This document shows, piece by piece, positions 18,194 to 28,042 of a stretch of DNA of 32,000 bases. The notes below the pieces were generated by a model. That model ran no database searches and was not told where the DNA came from. It saw only the letters and a list, made by a program, of their open reading frames with translations. The position numbers and the translations under genes were made by a program. The number at the start of each line of letters is the position of its first letter. Positions within the stretch are counted from its first letter, which is position 1. This DNA is from Synechococcus elongatus PCC 6301 (GTDB lineage: Bacteria; Cyanobacteriota; Cyanobacteriia; Synechococcales; Synechococcaceae): NCBI RefSeq assembly GCF_000010065.1, contig NC_006576.1, positions 2,610,001 through 2,642,000 of the forward strand, in the 5' to 3' direction.

Positions 18194-18308
18194 ATGATCG
18201 AGCCCTTGCTCTGCGGTATCGTTCTTGGGCCTAATCCCGATTACCTCGGCGGGCTTGTTTATGGCAGCCTACCTGCAATATCGTCGCGGCAACCAACTCG
18301 GCGCCTAA
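18194..18308 (+). pseudogene. petG: petG (cytochrome b6-f subunit 5) with an apparent single-nucleotide insertion
   Basis: ATG ATC GAG CCC TTG CTC TGC GGT ATC GTT CTT GG.. encodes [12 protein letters not shown]. Dropping one base in GGGCC (18227-18231) restores [25 protein letters not shown], a 37-aa PetG ending at TAA 18306-18308. Probably functional in vivo if the extra base is a sequencing error. Confidence 0.85.
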
Positions 18309-18337
18309 TCAGCCGCAGTTGTTGCTCTCAATCACTC

Positions 18338-18377
18338 AACCGCAGTCAGCCGATTGGTTTGCTGCGGTTCTGTTTTT
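18338..18377 (+). terminator. Intrinsic terminator for petG
   Basis: AACCGCAG(18338-18345)/CTGCGGTT(18362-18369) then CTGTTTTTC. Confidence 0.8.
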
Positions 18378-18418
18378 CTAGACCATTGACAATCGGCCTG
18401 ATTGACCGATGGAAAGTT

Positions 18419-18973
18419 TTAGTCCTTCTGGGGAACAGCCCAAGTGATCAGGCTGACTGCCGTACTGCCGTAGCGACGGCATTGCTTGAGTTCAAAATTG
18501 GGAGGAAGGGCGATCGCCCGATCGGGACGATGCTCAACAGCAATCTCTCCCTGCTCGTGCAAGAGCGATCGCTCCGCTAAGAGAGCCAGGACGGGTTCGT
18601 ACAGATCACCGTCGTAGGGCGGGTCGAAGTAAATCAAGTCAAAGGCTGGGGCATCCAGACTAGCCAGCAGGCGACAGATCTCCCCTTTTAACAGCCGTAC
18701 TTCTTGATCAGGCGCCTGTAATTTCTGCCAGTTCTGGGCGATCGCCCGACAGGCCTGGGCAGACTGCTCAATGCCCCACACCACGCTGGCCCCTCGGAGG
18801 AGTGCCTCGCCACCCATAGCGCCGCTGCCGGCACAGAGATCGAGCCAACGGCAGTCAGGAACTGCAAATTGCCAGACGTTGAAGATAGCGTTGCGTACCC
18901 GGGAAGGGGTCGGTCGGGTTCCCAAACCTGCAGGGGTTTGCAGCGATCGCCGGCCCGAAAGACGGATGCTCAT
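18419..18973 (-). CDS. rsmD: RsmD-family 16S rRNA (guanine-N2) methyltransferase
   Basis: RPTPSRVRNAIFNVWQ...WLDLCAGSGAMGGEALLRGA...FDLIYFDPPYD. Confidence 0.88.
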   Translation of the reverse strand: MSIRLSGRRSLQTPAGLGTRPTPSRVRNAIFNVWQFAVPDCRWLDLCAGSGAMGGEALLRGASVVWGIEQSAQACRAIAQNWQKLQAPDQEVRLLKGEICRLLASLDAPAFDLIYFDPPYDGDLYEPVLALLAERSLLHEQGEIAVEHRPDRAIALPPNFELKQCRRYGSTAVSLITWAVPQKD

Positions 18974-19623
18974 GCCACTGTTTGAAGCTGAGCCGCTGCA
19001 ACTTGGGTGACAAAATTAGCCAGCAGTTGCAAGCCAGCCTTCGCTGATTTTTCGGGGTGGAATTGCACAGCCCAGAGGCGATCGCGGGCGATCGCGGCGG
19101 TGACTGGTTGTGAACCATGCTGAACTGTCGCGGCTGTCAGGGTCGGTTCACTCGGGACTACGTAGTAGGTATGGACGAAGTAGAACCAAGGATCAGCGCC
19201 AAGATTTTGCCACAGGGGGCAATCGGGCTGCTGCAGTTGGAGTTGATTCCAGCCCATATGAGGAATGACTAGCCCAGGCTCACTGCGAAAGCGTTGAACC
19301 CGACCGGGCAAGATCCCTAGTCCGGCCGACTGTCCTTCTTCACTGGCTTCAAACAACAGTTGCAGACCCAAACAGATTCCCAAAAAAGGCTTGCCACTGG
19401 TTGCAGCCTGGTGCAGCGGTTCAATCAACTGGCGATCGCGCAGGTGGTCCATGGCTGGATCAAAAGCGCCAACCCCTGGCAGTAAGACACCATCCGCCGC
19501 CAGAATTGTGGCCGGATCAGCCGTCACGATCGGATTGGCCCCAGCAGCTTCTAGGCCCTTGCAGGCGGAGTGCAGGTTGCCCATGTCATAGTCAACCACG
19601 GCAATTTGAGGGGTGGAGGCCAT
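18970..19623 (-). CDS. hisH: Imidazole glycerol phosphate synthase subunit HisH
   Basis: MASTPQIAVVDYDMGNLHS...PFLGICLGLQLLFEASEEG...FYFVHTYYVVP...WAVQFHPEKSAKAGLQLL; start ATG 19623. Confidence 0.93.
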   Translation of the reverse strand: MASTPQIAVVDYDMGNLHSACKGLEAAGANPIVTADPATILAADGVLLPGVGAFDPAMDHLRDRQLIEPLHQAATSGKPFLGICLGLQLLFEASEEGQSAGLGILPGRVQRFRSEPGLVIPHMGWNQLQLQQPDCPLWQNLGADPWFYFVHTYYVVPSEPTLTAATVQHGSQPVTAAIARDRLWAVQFHPEKSAKAGLQLLANFVTQVAAAQLQTVA

Positions 19624-19829
19624 GACGCTGAAGCTCAAAGGAAACGGAACTACTTTTTATCTTAAGAGTCAGCGCGAGCCAGCCGCATTGAGGCTTGCTC
19701 CCCGGACGGTAATCGCCTAGAGTTTTAGCTTTGGTGGCAATTTCTGCTGTTTACGCATCGCTCACCGCTGGTTAGAGCCTCTGTTGTACCGCCGCCTCCG
19801 ACCTGCGTAGTCCGCAGTTTTTCGCCTTT

Positions 19830-21395
19830 ATGCTGCTGCCGTTTCTCCCTGTGCCACCGGCGTTCGTCCTTCCCGCTTCAATCGAAGGGCTGACAGAACG
19901 CTATTCCAGTCAAGTGCCTGCACCAGGGTCGGCAGCAGAACCGCTGCCCGGCTTCACGCCCAACCCACTGACATCCCCCCCGCGGCCGCGATCGCTCCGA
20001 CCGTTACGCCCCACTCTCAGCCCTAGCTTGCCGCCGGCGCTGGAGCCGGAAATCAGCCAGTCTCAAGATATTCGCCCCCTACCGGGCCGCCTTGATTCGA
20101 TTCCTGTTTTTAACAGCAATAATCCCGAAATTGTCTCAGGCGAAGGTATTTTGCTGTCGACCCTGCCGCCCGAGGGGATGGCCAATGCAAGCGCCCACTT
20201 AGGCTATGCCTTCGAGGGTCGTTTTGATATTTTCACACACCACATTTCCCGAGCGGCAACCCCCGAACAGGTGCGGACCATGTTTCAGGGTGTGGTGCTC
20301 TATAACCCCAGCGATCGCCCAGTGACGGTGCAGGTGCTGAATGGTGCCACCTACCTCACCCGCCCCGACGCCCTGTTTCTGCCCCTCAATTCCTACTTAG
20401 AAGACGCTCGCGGCAGTGTGTTTTCGGGGCCGGGTAGTCGCGTCGTTAATGATGTGCTGCGGGGCAATCGCCAAGGCGTGTTGCCAGAGTCGATCGTCAT
20501 TCCCCCGCGATCGCCCCAACTGCTGGTCAATCTGCCGATTCCGGTTGGGCCGCTGACCCCTTCATCCAATACGCGATCGCTCCTGATGCGCTTACAGAGT
20601 GATGGCAAGGTCTATGTCGCCAATGTGGCGTTATACGCGCCCCGCGATGAGCAAGGCAATGAGCGTGCGCCTAGTTTGGAAAATTTCTGGTCGACGCTAC
20701 AGACTGGCTCGTTGGTCAAACCCAATGATGCTATCCCGACACCGCCGCGATCGGTGTTCTTTGTCAGTCGCCTGATCTACGGGCGGGTGGCGGGGGTCAC
20801 CGAGGGTTCGGTATGGCGCTCGACCGTTACAGATCCTGGCAGCGATAAGCTCACGATTGCAGCCCCCGGCCAAGCGATCGCCTATCCGATCAGCACCCTA
20901 CCCCGAGGCACGCTAGGCACTTCCCAAGTGCAAAGTGCACCGATGCTGGCTCGCTATCCCTTCTCAGCCTATCTGTCCCACGGCAACTACGGCGTTGAGT
21001 ATGACCTGACCTTCCCGCTGTTCAACGGCAGCGATCGCAGTAAAGCCGTCGCAGTGGTTTTTCATACGCCGGTCAAAACTGATGAGGGCAGCGAGCTGCG
21101 CTTCCTGCGAGAACCACCCGATCGCGTTTTTTATCGCGGCACCCTGCGCCTGCAGTTCGAGAATGATCGCGGTCGTGAAGAGACACGCTTCGTCCATGTC
21201 GTGCAAAAGCGGGGGCAGCTTGGTGAACCGCTAATTATTTTGAATTTAAAACCGGGGGAGCTGCGCAAGGTGCGAGCTAGCCTGATTTACCCCGCAGATG
21301 CAACGCCGCCCCAGGTCTTTTCGATCTACACCCTTGATCCAGTCTCTGCTGGTCAACTGCAACCAGTCCTGCAGGATCTGCGCCTGCGGTTTTAA
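19830..21395 (+). CDS. DUF3370-like cyanobacterial protein
   Basis: Long coherent ORF (521 aa): RPLPGRLDSIPVFNSNNPEIVSGEGILLS...YLSHGNYGVEYDLTFPLFNGSDRSKAVAVVFHTPVK. Family assigned from memory. Confidence 0.6.
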   Translation: MLLPFLPVPPAFVLPASIEGLTERYSSQVPAPGSAAEPLPGFTPNPLTSPPRPRSLRPLRPTLSPSLPPALEPEISQSQDIRPLPGRLDSIPVFNSNNPEIVSGEGILLSTLPPEGMANASAHLGYAFEGRFDIFTHHISRAATPEQVRTMFQGVVLYNPSDRPVTVQVLNGATYLTRPDALFLPLNSYLEDARGSVFSGPGSRVVNDVLRGNRQGVLPESIVIPPRSPQLLVNLPIPVGPLTPSSNTRSLLMRLQSDGKVYVANVALYAPRDEQGNERAPSLENFWSTLQTGSLVKPNDAIPTPPRSVFFVSRLIYGRVAGVTEGSVWRSTVTDPGSDKLTIAAPGQAIAYPISTLPRGTLGTSQVQSAPMLARYPFSAYLSHGNYGVEYDLTFPLFNGSDRSKAVAVVFHTPVKTDEGSELRFLREPPDRVFYRGTLRLQFENDRGREETRFVHVVQKRGQLGEPLIILNLKPGELRKVRASLIYPADATPPQVFSIYTLDPVSAGQLQPVLQDLRLRF

Positions 21396-21601
21396 GGCAA
21401 CCTCAGCTCTAGTGCCCTAGCGATCGCGTCAGCAGGAATCTGGTGTTGCTGCGTGGGGCAATCGTGTATGGAGCAGAGAGATGAGAACAATTGAATTCGA
21501 TCTGATCAGCTGCAAACCCGTTGCCGTCACTGGCTAGTTTGACCCGTAGCGCTCATGATTTAGCCGATCAGTCTCACCCAAAATCTTGTTGCGGGGGGCT
21601 A

Positions 21602-21617
21602 GGGGAGTCGACTCCCC
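21602..21617. repeat. Perfect 16-bp palindrome GGGGAGTCGACTCCCC
   Basis: Direct reading; between the convergent 19830 and 21674 genes. Confidence 0.7.
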
Positions 21618-21673
21618 CATGGTGTGTGCGCTGGGGGTGCGCAATCACTCCTACGGACAGAGGCTGTTGACTC

Positions 21674-22102
21674 TCAACCAATTTCTTTATCAGATAGTCC
21701 TAACCCAATTGCAGACTGCGATGACCAGTAGGCGGCGTGTTCGGGCAAGACCCAGCGAATGCCCCCACGAGGATCGGGGCGATCGCCGCTGTAACGGGGA
21801 ATCAGGTGGATGTGGGCTTGGTCGATCGTTTGACCAGCAGCCAGACCGTCATTGAGGCCCACATTGAAACCAGCGGGTTGATATTGCTGTTGGAGTAGCG
21901 ATCGCACGATCGCAACGAGTTCCCAACTAGCCTGAAATTCCGCAGTGGGTAACTCAAACAGCGATCCAACGGCTCGTTTCGGAACCACCAGACTATGACC
22001 TGGCGAGACGGGATAGCGATCGCGGAAGGCGACCGCCCAGTCATTTTCGGCGAGTAGCTCTAAGGCGGCCCGTCCGCCGAAGGCAGCCAGTCCATTACTC
22101 AT
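21674..22102 (-). CDS. HIT-family (histidine triad) protein
   Basis: FRDRYPVSPGHSLVVPKR...QAHIHLIPRYSGDR (HxHxH-like triad). Confidence 0.85.
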   Translation of the reverse strand: MSNGLAAFGGRAALELLAENDWAVAFRDRYPVSPGHSLVVPKRAVGSLFELPTAEFQASWELVAIVRSLLQQQYQPAGFNVGLNDGLAAGQTIDQAHIHLIPRYSGDRPDPRGGIRWVLPEHAAYWSSQSAIGLGLSDKEIG

Positions 22103-23592
22103 GCAGACTGACGCTCGGCCAAGGCCAACCGCGCCTGCTCGCGATCGTCGAAGTGAATTTTGGTCGTGCCAAGAATCTGATAGTCTTCGTGGCCTTTGCC
22201 CGCCAAGAGCACCCCATCACCGGGCTGAGCTGAGAGAATCGCCTGACGAATCGCTGCTGCGCGATCGGCTTCAACCACCACCGGACTGGCAGCCGGAATG
22301 CCCGCCACAATATCCGCCAAAATCTGGCGCGGATCTTCGGTGCGCGGGTTGTCGGAAGTAATAATGACGCGATCGGCCAGTCGTGCCGCAATTTCTCCCA
22401 TCAGAGGACGTTTGGTGCGATCGCGATCGCCGCCACAGCCAAACACACAGATCAGCTCACCTTGAATGAATGGACGAGCCGCTTTTAGGAGATTTTCGAG
22501 ACTGTCGGGCGTGTGGGCATAGTCGACGATCACCGTCGGATCGCTGTCTTGACCCACGACCCGTTCCATCCGACCGGGTACGCCAACAAAGTCAGGGACG
22601 ACGGCCAGCATTGTCTCGATCGGCAGGCCCAAGGTCCAACCCGCAGCGATCGCCCCTAACAGGTTCGCGAGATTGAACTGACCGACCAGAGGCGATCGGA
22701 AGGGAAAAGCACCATCTGGCGTCTTAATCGTGCCTTCAACTCCGGTAGGCCCGTACTGCAAATCAGTCGTGCAAAAGTCCGCTGTTCCCACAACGCTGTA
22801 AGTCAGACATTGCCCGGGTGGTGTCATCGTAATCAAGCGCTGACCGTAGGCATCGTCGGCGTTGATCACTGCTTTGCCGCGCAGATAGGGCGGCGCAAAC
22901 AATCTGGCTTTGGCCGCAAAGTAGGCCTCCATCGTCCCGTGATAATCCAAGTGATCTTGGGTCAGGTTCGTGAAGACGGCAACATCAAAGCCGCAACCGT
23001 TGACCCGACCTTGATCGAGTGCGTGGGAACTAACTTCCATGACAGCAGCTTGGCAACCTGCGTCTACTGCCGTCGCCAGTTGAGCCTGCAAATCCGTGGC
23101 AAAAGGCGTTGTATGTTGCGCCACTTCGGAATAGCCGGGCCAGCGGTTATAAAGCGTGCCTAGGAGGGCGGTTTTCGTGTCGGCAGCGTTGAGAAAATGC
23201 TCAACTAGATGGGTGGTTGTCGTTTTGCCATTCGTGCCGGTCACTCCGATTAACTTGAGGGTCTGCGCCGGTTGGTTGTAGAAGGCTGCCGCGATCGCCC
23301 CAGCCGTCACCGGCATTTGATCGCTCAAGATTAGGCAGGCCTCTGGGTTGGCCGAGAGTGGCCGTTGGGCTAGCGCCGTAGGTGTCACGATCACAGCCAC
23401 TGCCCCCGCCGCGATTGCTTCGGGCCAAAATTGACCGCCATCGACTTGGGTGCCCGGCATTCCCAGAAACAGATCGCCGGGTTGACAGCGACGGGAGTCA
23501 GTTTGGAGGCCGGTAATGGCTAAATCTAAGGCGGCATGTTGCGGTTGGAGGACCTGGGTCGGGGTTGAAGCGAGCAGCGATCGCAGGTTCAT
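22099..23592 (-). CDS. murE: UDP-N-acetylmuramoyl-tripeptide synthetase MurE
   Basis: ITGLQTDSRRCQPGDLFLGMPG, GVTGTNGKTTTTHLVEH, MEVSSHALDQGR, VIVDYAHTPDSLENLL, SDNPRTEDP; start ATG 23592. Confidence 0.95.
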   Translation of the reverse strand: MNLRSLLASTPTQVLQPQHAALDLAITGLQTDSRRCQPGDLFLGMPGTQVDGGQFWPEAIAAGAVAVIVTPTALAQRPLSANPEACLILSDQMPVTAGAIAAAFYNQPAQTLKLIGVTGTNGKTTTTHLVEHFLNAADTKTALLGTLYNRWPGYSEVAQHTTPFATDLQAQLATAVDAGCQAAVMEVSSHALDQGRVNGCGFDVAVFTNLTQDHLDYHGTMEAYFAAKARLFAPPYLRGKAVINADDAYGQRLITMTPPGQCLTYSVVGTADFCTTDLQYGPTGVEGTIKTPDGAFPFRSPLVGQFNLANLLGAIAAGWTLGLPIETMLAVVPDFVGVPGRMERVVGQDSDPTVIVDYAHTPDSLENLLKAARPFIQGELICVFGCGGDRDRTKRPLMGEIAARLADRVIITSDNPRTEDPRQILADIVAGIPAASPVVVEADRAAAIRQAILSAQPGDGVLLAGKGHEDYQILGTTKIHFDDREQARLALAERQSA

Positions 23593-23631
23593 GGATTCCC
23601 TCCGCATTGGGCGTTAGCGTGTTTTAGCAGA

Positions 23632-23898
23632 TCAGGCGCGATCGTTGAAGCGTTCTAGCAAGCTTTCAACTTGGCTAAGGCTGGCGCGGGGGGCTAAGCG
23701 CGGCAAGGGCGTTTCTCGGCCATCACCATCGAGCCGACAAAGCACCGGCACCTCAAATTGATAGGCGGCAAACCATTGGGGATTCAAGCTGATATCGCGG
23801 ATTTCCAACTCGATCGGTAGCGATCGCACCTGCTGGAGCTTTTCCGCCAGCCCCTCACAGAGATGACAGCCTTCTTTGCTGTAGAGCACTAATCGCAT
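23632..23898 (-). CDS. Glutaredoxin-like (DUF836-type) protein
   Basis: [22 protein letters not shown]...[26 protein letters not shown]. Confidence 0.8.
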   Translation of the reverse strand: MRLVLYSKEGCHLCEGLAEKLQQVRSLPIELEIRDISLNPQWFAAYQFEVPVLCRLDGDGRETPLPRLAPRASLSQVESLLERFNDRA

Positions 23899-24137
23899 GG
23901 GGACTTTCCGCAGGAACAGGAGGGCAGCGGCGGAACCGGGTCATAGCCGCCGGGATGAAAGGGATGGCAGCGCAAGATGCGGCAAAGTGTCAGCCAACTC
24001 CCCTTGAGGGGGCCAAAGCGATCAATCGCCTCTAGACCGTACTGGGAGCAGGTGGGATAGAAGCGACAACTGGCGGGAGTCAGCGGCGAAATCCAGCGTC
24101 GATAGAACTGGATCAGGGCCAGGAGCAGCAATTTCAT
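23889..24137 (-). CDS. yidD: Membrane protein insertion efficiency factor YidD
   Basis: [69 protein letters not shown]; start ATG 24137. Confidence 0.93.
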   Translation of the reverse strand: MKLLLLALIQFYRRWISPLTPASCRFYPTCSQYGLEAIDRFGPLKGSWLTLCRILRCHPFHPGGYDPVPPLPSCSCGKSPCD

Positions 24138-24210
24138 TAGCCTATCCGGCGAGGGTTGCGCGATCGCGGTATGATGTGAGTTTTGGACAAATCCTTCAGA
24201 GGACTGCCCG

Positions 24211-24819
24211 ATGTCTCGATATAGAGGCCCACGCCTCAGAATTGTACGGCGCTTGGGGGACCTACCTGGTCTCACCCGTAAGGCTGCTCGTCGGTCTTAC
24301 CCCCCTGGTCAGCACGGCCAAGCCCGGCGCAAGCGCTCCGAGTACGCGATTCGTCTTGAAGAAAAGCAAAAGCTTCGCTTCAATTACGGCTTGTCGGAAC
24401 GACAACTGGTTCGCTACGTCAAGAAGGCGCGCCGGATGCAAGGGTCCACTGGGACCAACTTGCTGCAGCTGCTCGAAATGCGCCTGGACAACTTGGTCTT
24501 CCGCCTTGGCTTTGCACCCACCATCCCCGGTGCTCGTCAGCTGGTTAACCACGGTCACGTGACGGTCAATGGCCGCGTGGTGGATATCGCCAGCTATAAC
24601 TGCCGCCCCGGTGAAGTGATCGGGGTTCGTCAGCGCGAAGCGTCTCGCAAGTTGGTCACTGCCAACTTGGAATACCCTGGCCTCGCCAACGTGCCGGTTC
24701 ACCTCGACTTCGATAAGAACAAACTCGAAGCCAAGGTCACGGGAGCCTGCGAGCGCGAATGGGTTGCGCTGCAAATCAATGAACTACTGGTGGTCGAGTA
24801 CTACTCGCGCAAAGTGTAG
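24211..24819 (+). CDS. rpsD: 30S ribosomal protein S4
   Basis: [22 protein letters not shown]...[42 protein letters not shown]. Confidence 0.97.
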   Translation: MSRYRGPRLRIVRRLGDLPGLTRKAARRSYPPGQHGQARRKRSEYAIRLEEKQKLRFNYGLSERQLVRYVKKARRMQGSTGTNLLQLLEMRLDNLVFRLGFAPTIPGARQLVNHGHVTVNGRVVDIASYNCRPGEVIGVRQREASRKLVTANLEYPGLANVPVHLDFDKNKLEAKVTGACEREWVALQINELLVVEYYSRKV

Positions 24820-24844
24820 ACTCTCCACTCTGCTTACAAGACTG

Positions 24845-24880
24845 CAACAGCTCCTGCCTCTGGGTGGGGGCTGTTGTTGT
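24845..24880 (+). terminator. rpsD terminator
   Basis: CAACAGCTCC(24845-24854)/GGGGCTGTTG(24867-24876), followed by TTGT. Confidence 0.7.
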
Positions 24881-25628
24881 TTGGCGCAAGGATGCATTTG
24901 GTCATGGCAAGGCAGAGCCCTGTGCTGACTCTCCATCATTTCTCCTAGGGCAACCCTCCAAGCGGTCTGCCGACAGTCCTTTCTAGTTGCTTCAGACGCT
25001 GTAGATCAATCGTTGGGATTGCGTTCATCCTCGGTGGCCAGAATGGCTGTCATCTTTCTGCTGCAAGTGTTGATCTTCTGGCTGATGTCTCGCAGTGGAA
25101 TCTTGAGCAATAAGGGGTGGAAACTGATCGCCCTTGGATGGCTTCGACAGTGGGCGATCGCCTAACGATTGAGAATCAACATTGAAAGGATTGCGATCGC
25201 GTGAGCATCAACCTTCAGAAGCGACTCTCTGGGTCAGGAGCGATCGCTCTGTGCATAATTTTTGGGTTTGCGTTGGTTTTAAAGATTTACAACAATTGAA
25301 AAAGACTAATCCTTAGATTGTTATTGACAATGATCAAGTCAGAGTCAGAGTTTTGCCTAAAATCAAGGGCCAAAATGACTTGTAATCGATTGAGTAAGAC
25401 CAGCGATCAAGATTGAAAAAGGCTTCTCAATAATTACATCTACTAAATCGTTTTGAATGCTGAACTTATCGAGCAGAAAAACTTATCAGATTAATTGAAA
25501 AAACAAGGGAACTTTTTGCGTTTAGCTATTGCGCGATTCCCGTGAGAGACCGTAAATGTTTCTACATGCAAAACGCAAAGTCTATTGACTTAGCTCTATG
25601 GGTTTCTCCACAGAGTCTTAACTGCAGA

Positions 25629-25660
25629 TGGTTATCAGCCTTATCGGTCTGGAATAACCA
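25629..25660. promoter_or_regulatory. Inverted repeat in the cmpA upstream region; possible LysR-type (CmpR) site
   Basis: TGGTTAT(25629-25635)...ATAACCA(25654-25660), about 110 nt upstream of the cmpA ATG. It does not strictly match TTA-N7/8-TAA. Confidence 0.35.
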
Positions 25661-25769
25661 GTTGGCCTAAAGTCATGCAGACAGAGCGTTTCTGCGCCTC
25701 TCGTGAAGCAATTCGCACAACTTGTCCATCTTTAGAGGCATCTCCTGTTGTGGGATGTAGGGGAGACGT

Positions 25770-27122
25770 ATGAACGAATTTCAACCAGTCAATCGTCGTC
25801 AGTTTCTGTTCACGCTCGGAGCAACCGCTGCTAGCGCTATTTTGCTGAAGGGTTGCGGTAATCCTCCTTCCAGTAGCGGCGGCGGGACTTCTAGTACAAC
25901 TCAGCCAACTGCTGCAGGGGCGAGTGATCTGGAAGTCAAGACAATCAAATTGGGCTACATCCCCATCTTTGAAGCGGCTCCACTGATCATTGGCCGCGAA
26001 AAAGGCTTTTTTGCCAAATATGGCTTGGATGTTGAAGTCTCGAAACAAGCCAGCTGGGCAGCTGCTCGCGATAACGTCATTCTCGGTTCTGCTGGTGGCG
26101 GCATCGATGGCGGTCAGTGGCAAATGCCGATGCCTGCCTTGCTAACGGAAGGTGCGATCAGCAACGGTCAAAAAGTTCCCATGTATGTCTTGGCTTGCTT
26201 GAGCACCCAAGGCAATGGCATCGCTGTTTCCAATCAGCTCAAGGCCCAAAATCTGGGCTTGAAGCTAGCGCCCAACCGCGACTTTATCCTCAACTACCCG
26301 CAAACTAGCGGCCGGAAGTTCAAAGCATCCTACACCTTCCCGAACGCCAACCAAGACTTCTGGATTCGCTATTGGTTTGCAGCTGGCGGTATCGATCCTG
26401 ATAAAGACATTGAACTCTTGACCGTTCCCAGCGCAGAAACTCTACAAAATATGCGCAATGGCACGATCGATTGCTTCAGTACCGGCGATCCCTGGCCGTC
26501 GCGGATTGCCAAAGATGACGTCGGCTATCAAGCTGCGCTGACAGGTCAAATGTGGCCTTACCACCCCGAGGAATTCTTGGCGCTGCGAGCAGACTGGGTA
26601 GACAAACATCCGAAAGCTACGCTCGCCTTGCTGATGGGCTTGATGGAAGCGCAGCAATGGTGCGATCAGAAAGCAAATCGGGCAGAGATGGCCAAGATCC
26701 TCTCCGGTCGCAACTTCTTTAACGTGCCGGTTTCGATCCTGCAGCCGATTCTGGAAGGTCAAATCAAAGTTGGAGCAGACGGAAAAGATCTCAACAACTT
26801 TGATGCCGGCCCGCTCTTCTGGAAGAGTCCGCGCGGCAGTGTCTCCTATCCCTACAAAGGGCTCACCCTCTGGTTCTTGGTGGAGTCGATCCGCTGGGGC
26901 TTCAACAAGCAAGTGCTACCTGACATTGCAGCCGCCCAGAAACTCAACGATCGCGTGACTCGTGAAGACCTCTGGCAAGAGGCAGCCAAGAAATTAGGGG
27001 TGCCCGCTGCGGATATCCCAACCGGATCGACTCGCGGTACCGAGACCTTCTTTGATGGCATCACCTACAACCCAGACAGTCCGCAAGCTTATCTCCAAAG
27101 CTTGAAGATTAAACGGGCATAA
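25770..27122 (+). CDS. cmpA: Bicarbonate ABC transporter substrate-binding lipoprotein CmpA
   Basis: RRQFLF twin-arginine-like motif and lipobox LLKGC; NrtA/CmpA-family body ([45 protein letters not shown]...); in a cmpABCD operon. Confidence 0.93.
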   Translation: MNEFQPVNRRQFLFTLGATAASAILLKGCGNPPSSSGGGTSSTTQPTAAGASDLEVKTIKLGYIPIFEAAPLIIGREKGFFAKYGLDVEVSKQASWAAARDNVILGSAGGGIDGGQWQMPMPALLTEGAISNGQKVPMYVLACLSTQGNGIAVSNQLKAQNLGLKLAPNRDFILNYPQTSGRKFKASYTFPNANQDFWIRYWFAAGGIDPDKDIELLTVPSAETLQNMRNGTIDCFSTGDPWPSRIAKDDVGYQAALTGQMWPYHPEEFLALRADWVDKHPKATLALLMGLMEAQQWCDQKANRAEMAKILSGRNFFNVPVSILQPILEGQIKVGADGKDLNNFDAGPLFWKSPRGSVSYPYKGLTLWFLVESIRWGFNKQVLPDIAAAQKLNDRVTREDLWQEAAKKLGVPAADIPTGSTRGTETFFDGITYNPDSPQAYLQSLKIKRA

Positions 27123-27177
27123 GTAGGGGCTTCAATCATCAACCTTAGTTCAGTCACTATCAGGAGATAGACAGACC

Positions 27178-28014
27178 ATGGTTACTGCACGGGAAACAAG
27201 ACGAAACGGAAGTCGTCCTTCTGGCTTAAAAAAATGGCGTCAGAAACTCGATGGCATCTTGCTACCGCTAGCAGGAATTTTGGGTTTCCTCATCATTTGG
27301 CAGATCTTTTCTAGCAGCGGGGCAACCCGCTTGCCCGGCCCGCTCAGTCTCTTCACAGAAGAGAGAACACGCGAGTTGCTGCTCTATCCCTTCTTGGATC
27401 GCGGCGGGCTGGATAAAGGTCTGTTCTGGCAGACGATCGCTAGTTTGACGCGGGTGGCCCAGGGCTTTTCGATCGCAGCCATCATCGGCATTTCCGTTGG
27501 AATTCTAGTTGGCCTCAACCGCCAACTCAACGCGATGCTAGACCCACTGTTTCAGTTCCTGCGCATGATTGCACCGCTGGCTTGGGTACCGATCGCTTTG
27601 GTCGCCTTCCAGCAAAATCAACCTGCAGCAATCTTCGTAATTTTCATTACCGCCGTTTGGCCAATTCTAATTAATACGGCGGAAGGGGTACGCCAAATTC
27701 CCCAGGACTATAACAACGTAGCTCGCGTGCTACGGATGTCGAAAAGCAAGTACCTAATGAAGGTGGTCTTGCCGGCAGCCCTGCCCTATATCTTTACCGG
27801 CCTTCGCATTGCGATCGGCTTATCTTGGCTAGCGATTATCGCTGCAGAAATTGTGATGTCTGGCATTGTCGGCATTGGCTTCTTTATCTGGGATGCCTAT
27901 CAGCAAAACTACGTTAGTGACATCATCTTGGCAGTGATTTATATCGGTGCTGTTGGCTTGTTGCTAGACCGCTTTGTGGCTTGGCTGCAACGCTGGATTC
28001 TACGCAATATGTAA
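27178..28014 (+). CDS. cmpB: Bicarbonate ABC transporter permease CmpB
   Basis: Permease with IPQDYNNVARVLRMSKSKYLMKVVLPAALPYIFTGLRIAIGLSWLAIIAAE. Confidence 0.93.
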   Translation: MVTARETRRNGSRPSGLKKWRQKLDGILLPLAGILGFLIIWQIFSSSGATRLPGPLSLFTEERTRELLLYPFLDRGGLDKGLFWQTIASLTRVAQGFSIAAIIGISVGILVGLNRQLNAMLDPLFQFLRMIAPLAWVPIALVAFQQNQPAAIFVIFITAVWPILINTAEGVRQIPQDYNNVARVLRMSKSKYLMKVVLPAALPYIFTGLRIAIGLSWLAIIAAEIVMSGIVGIGFFIWDAYQQNYVSDIILAVIYIGAVGLLLDRFVAWLQRWILRNM

Positions 28015-28042
28015 GGTTTGCCAAACACTCGGAGGATTGATC

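Noticed and set aside
18194-18580. 128-aa plus-strand ORF in the track ([20 protein letters not shown]...)
   Set aside because: Only the first 12 residues are biological (PetG). The rest is a frameshift artefact running into antisense rsmD.
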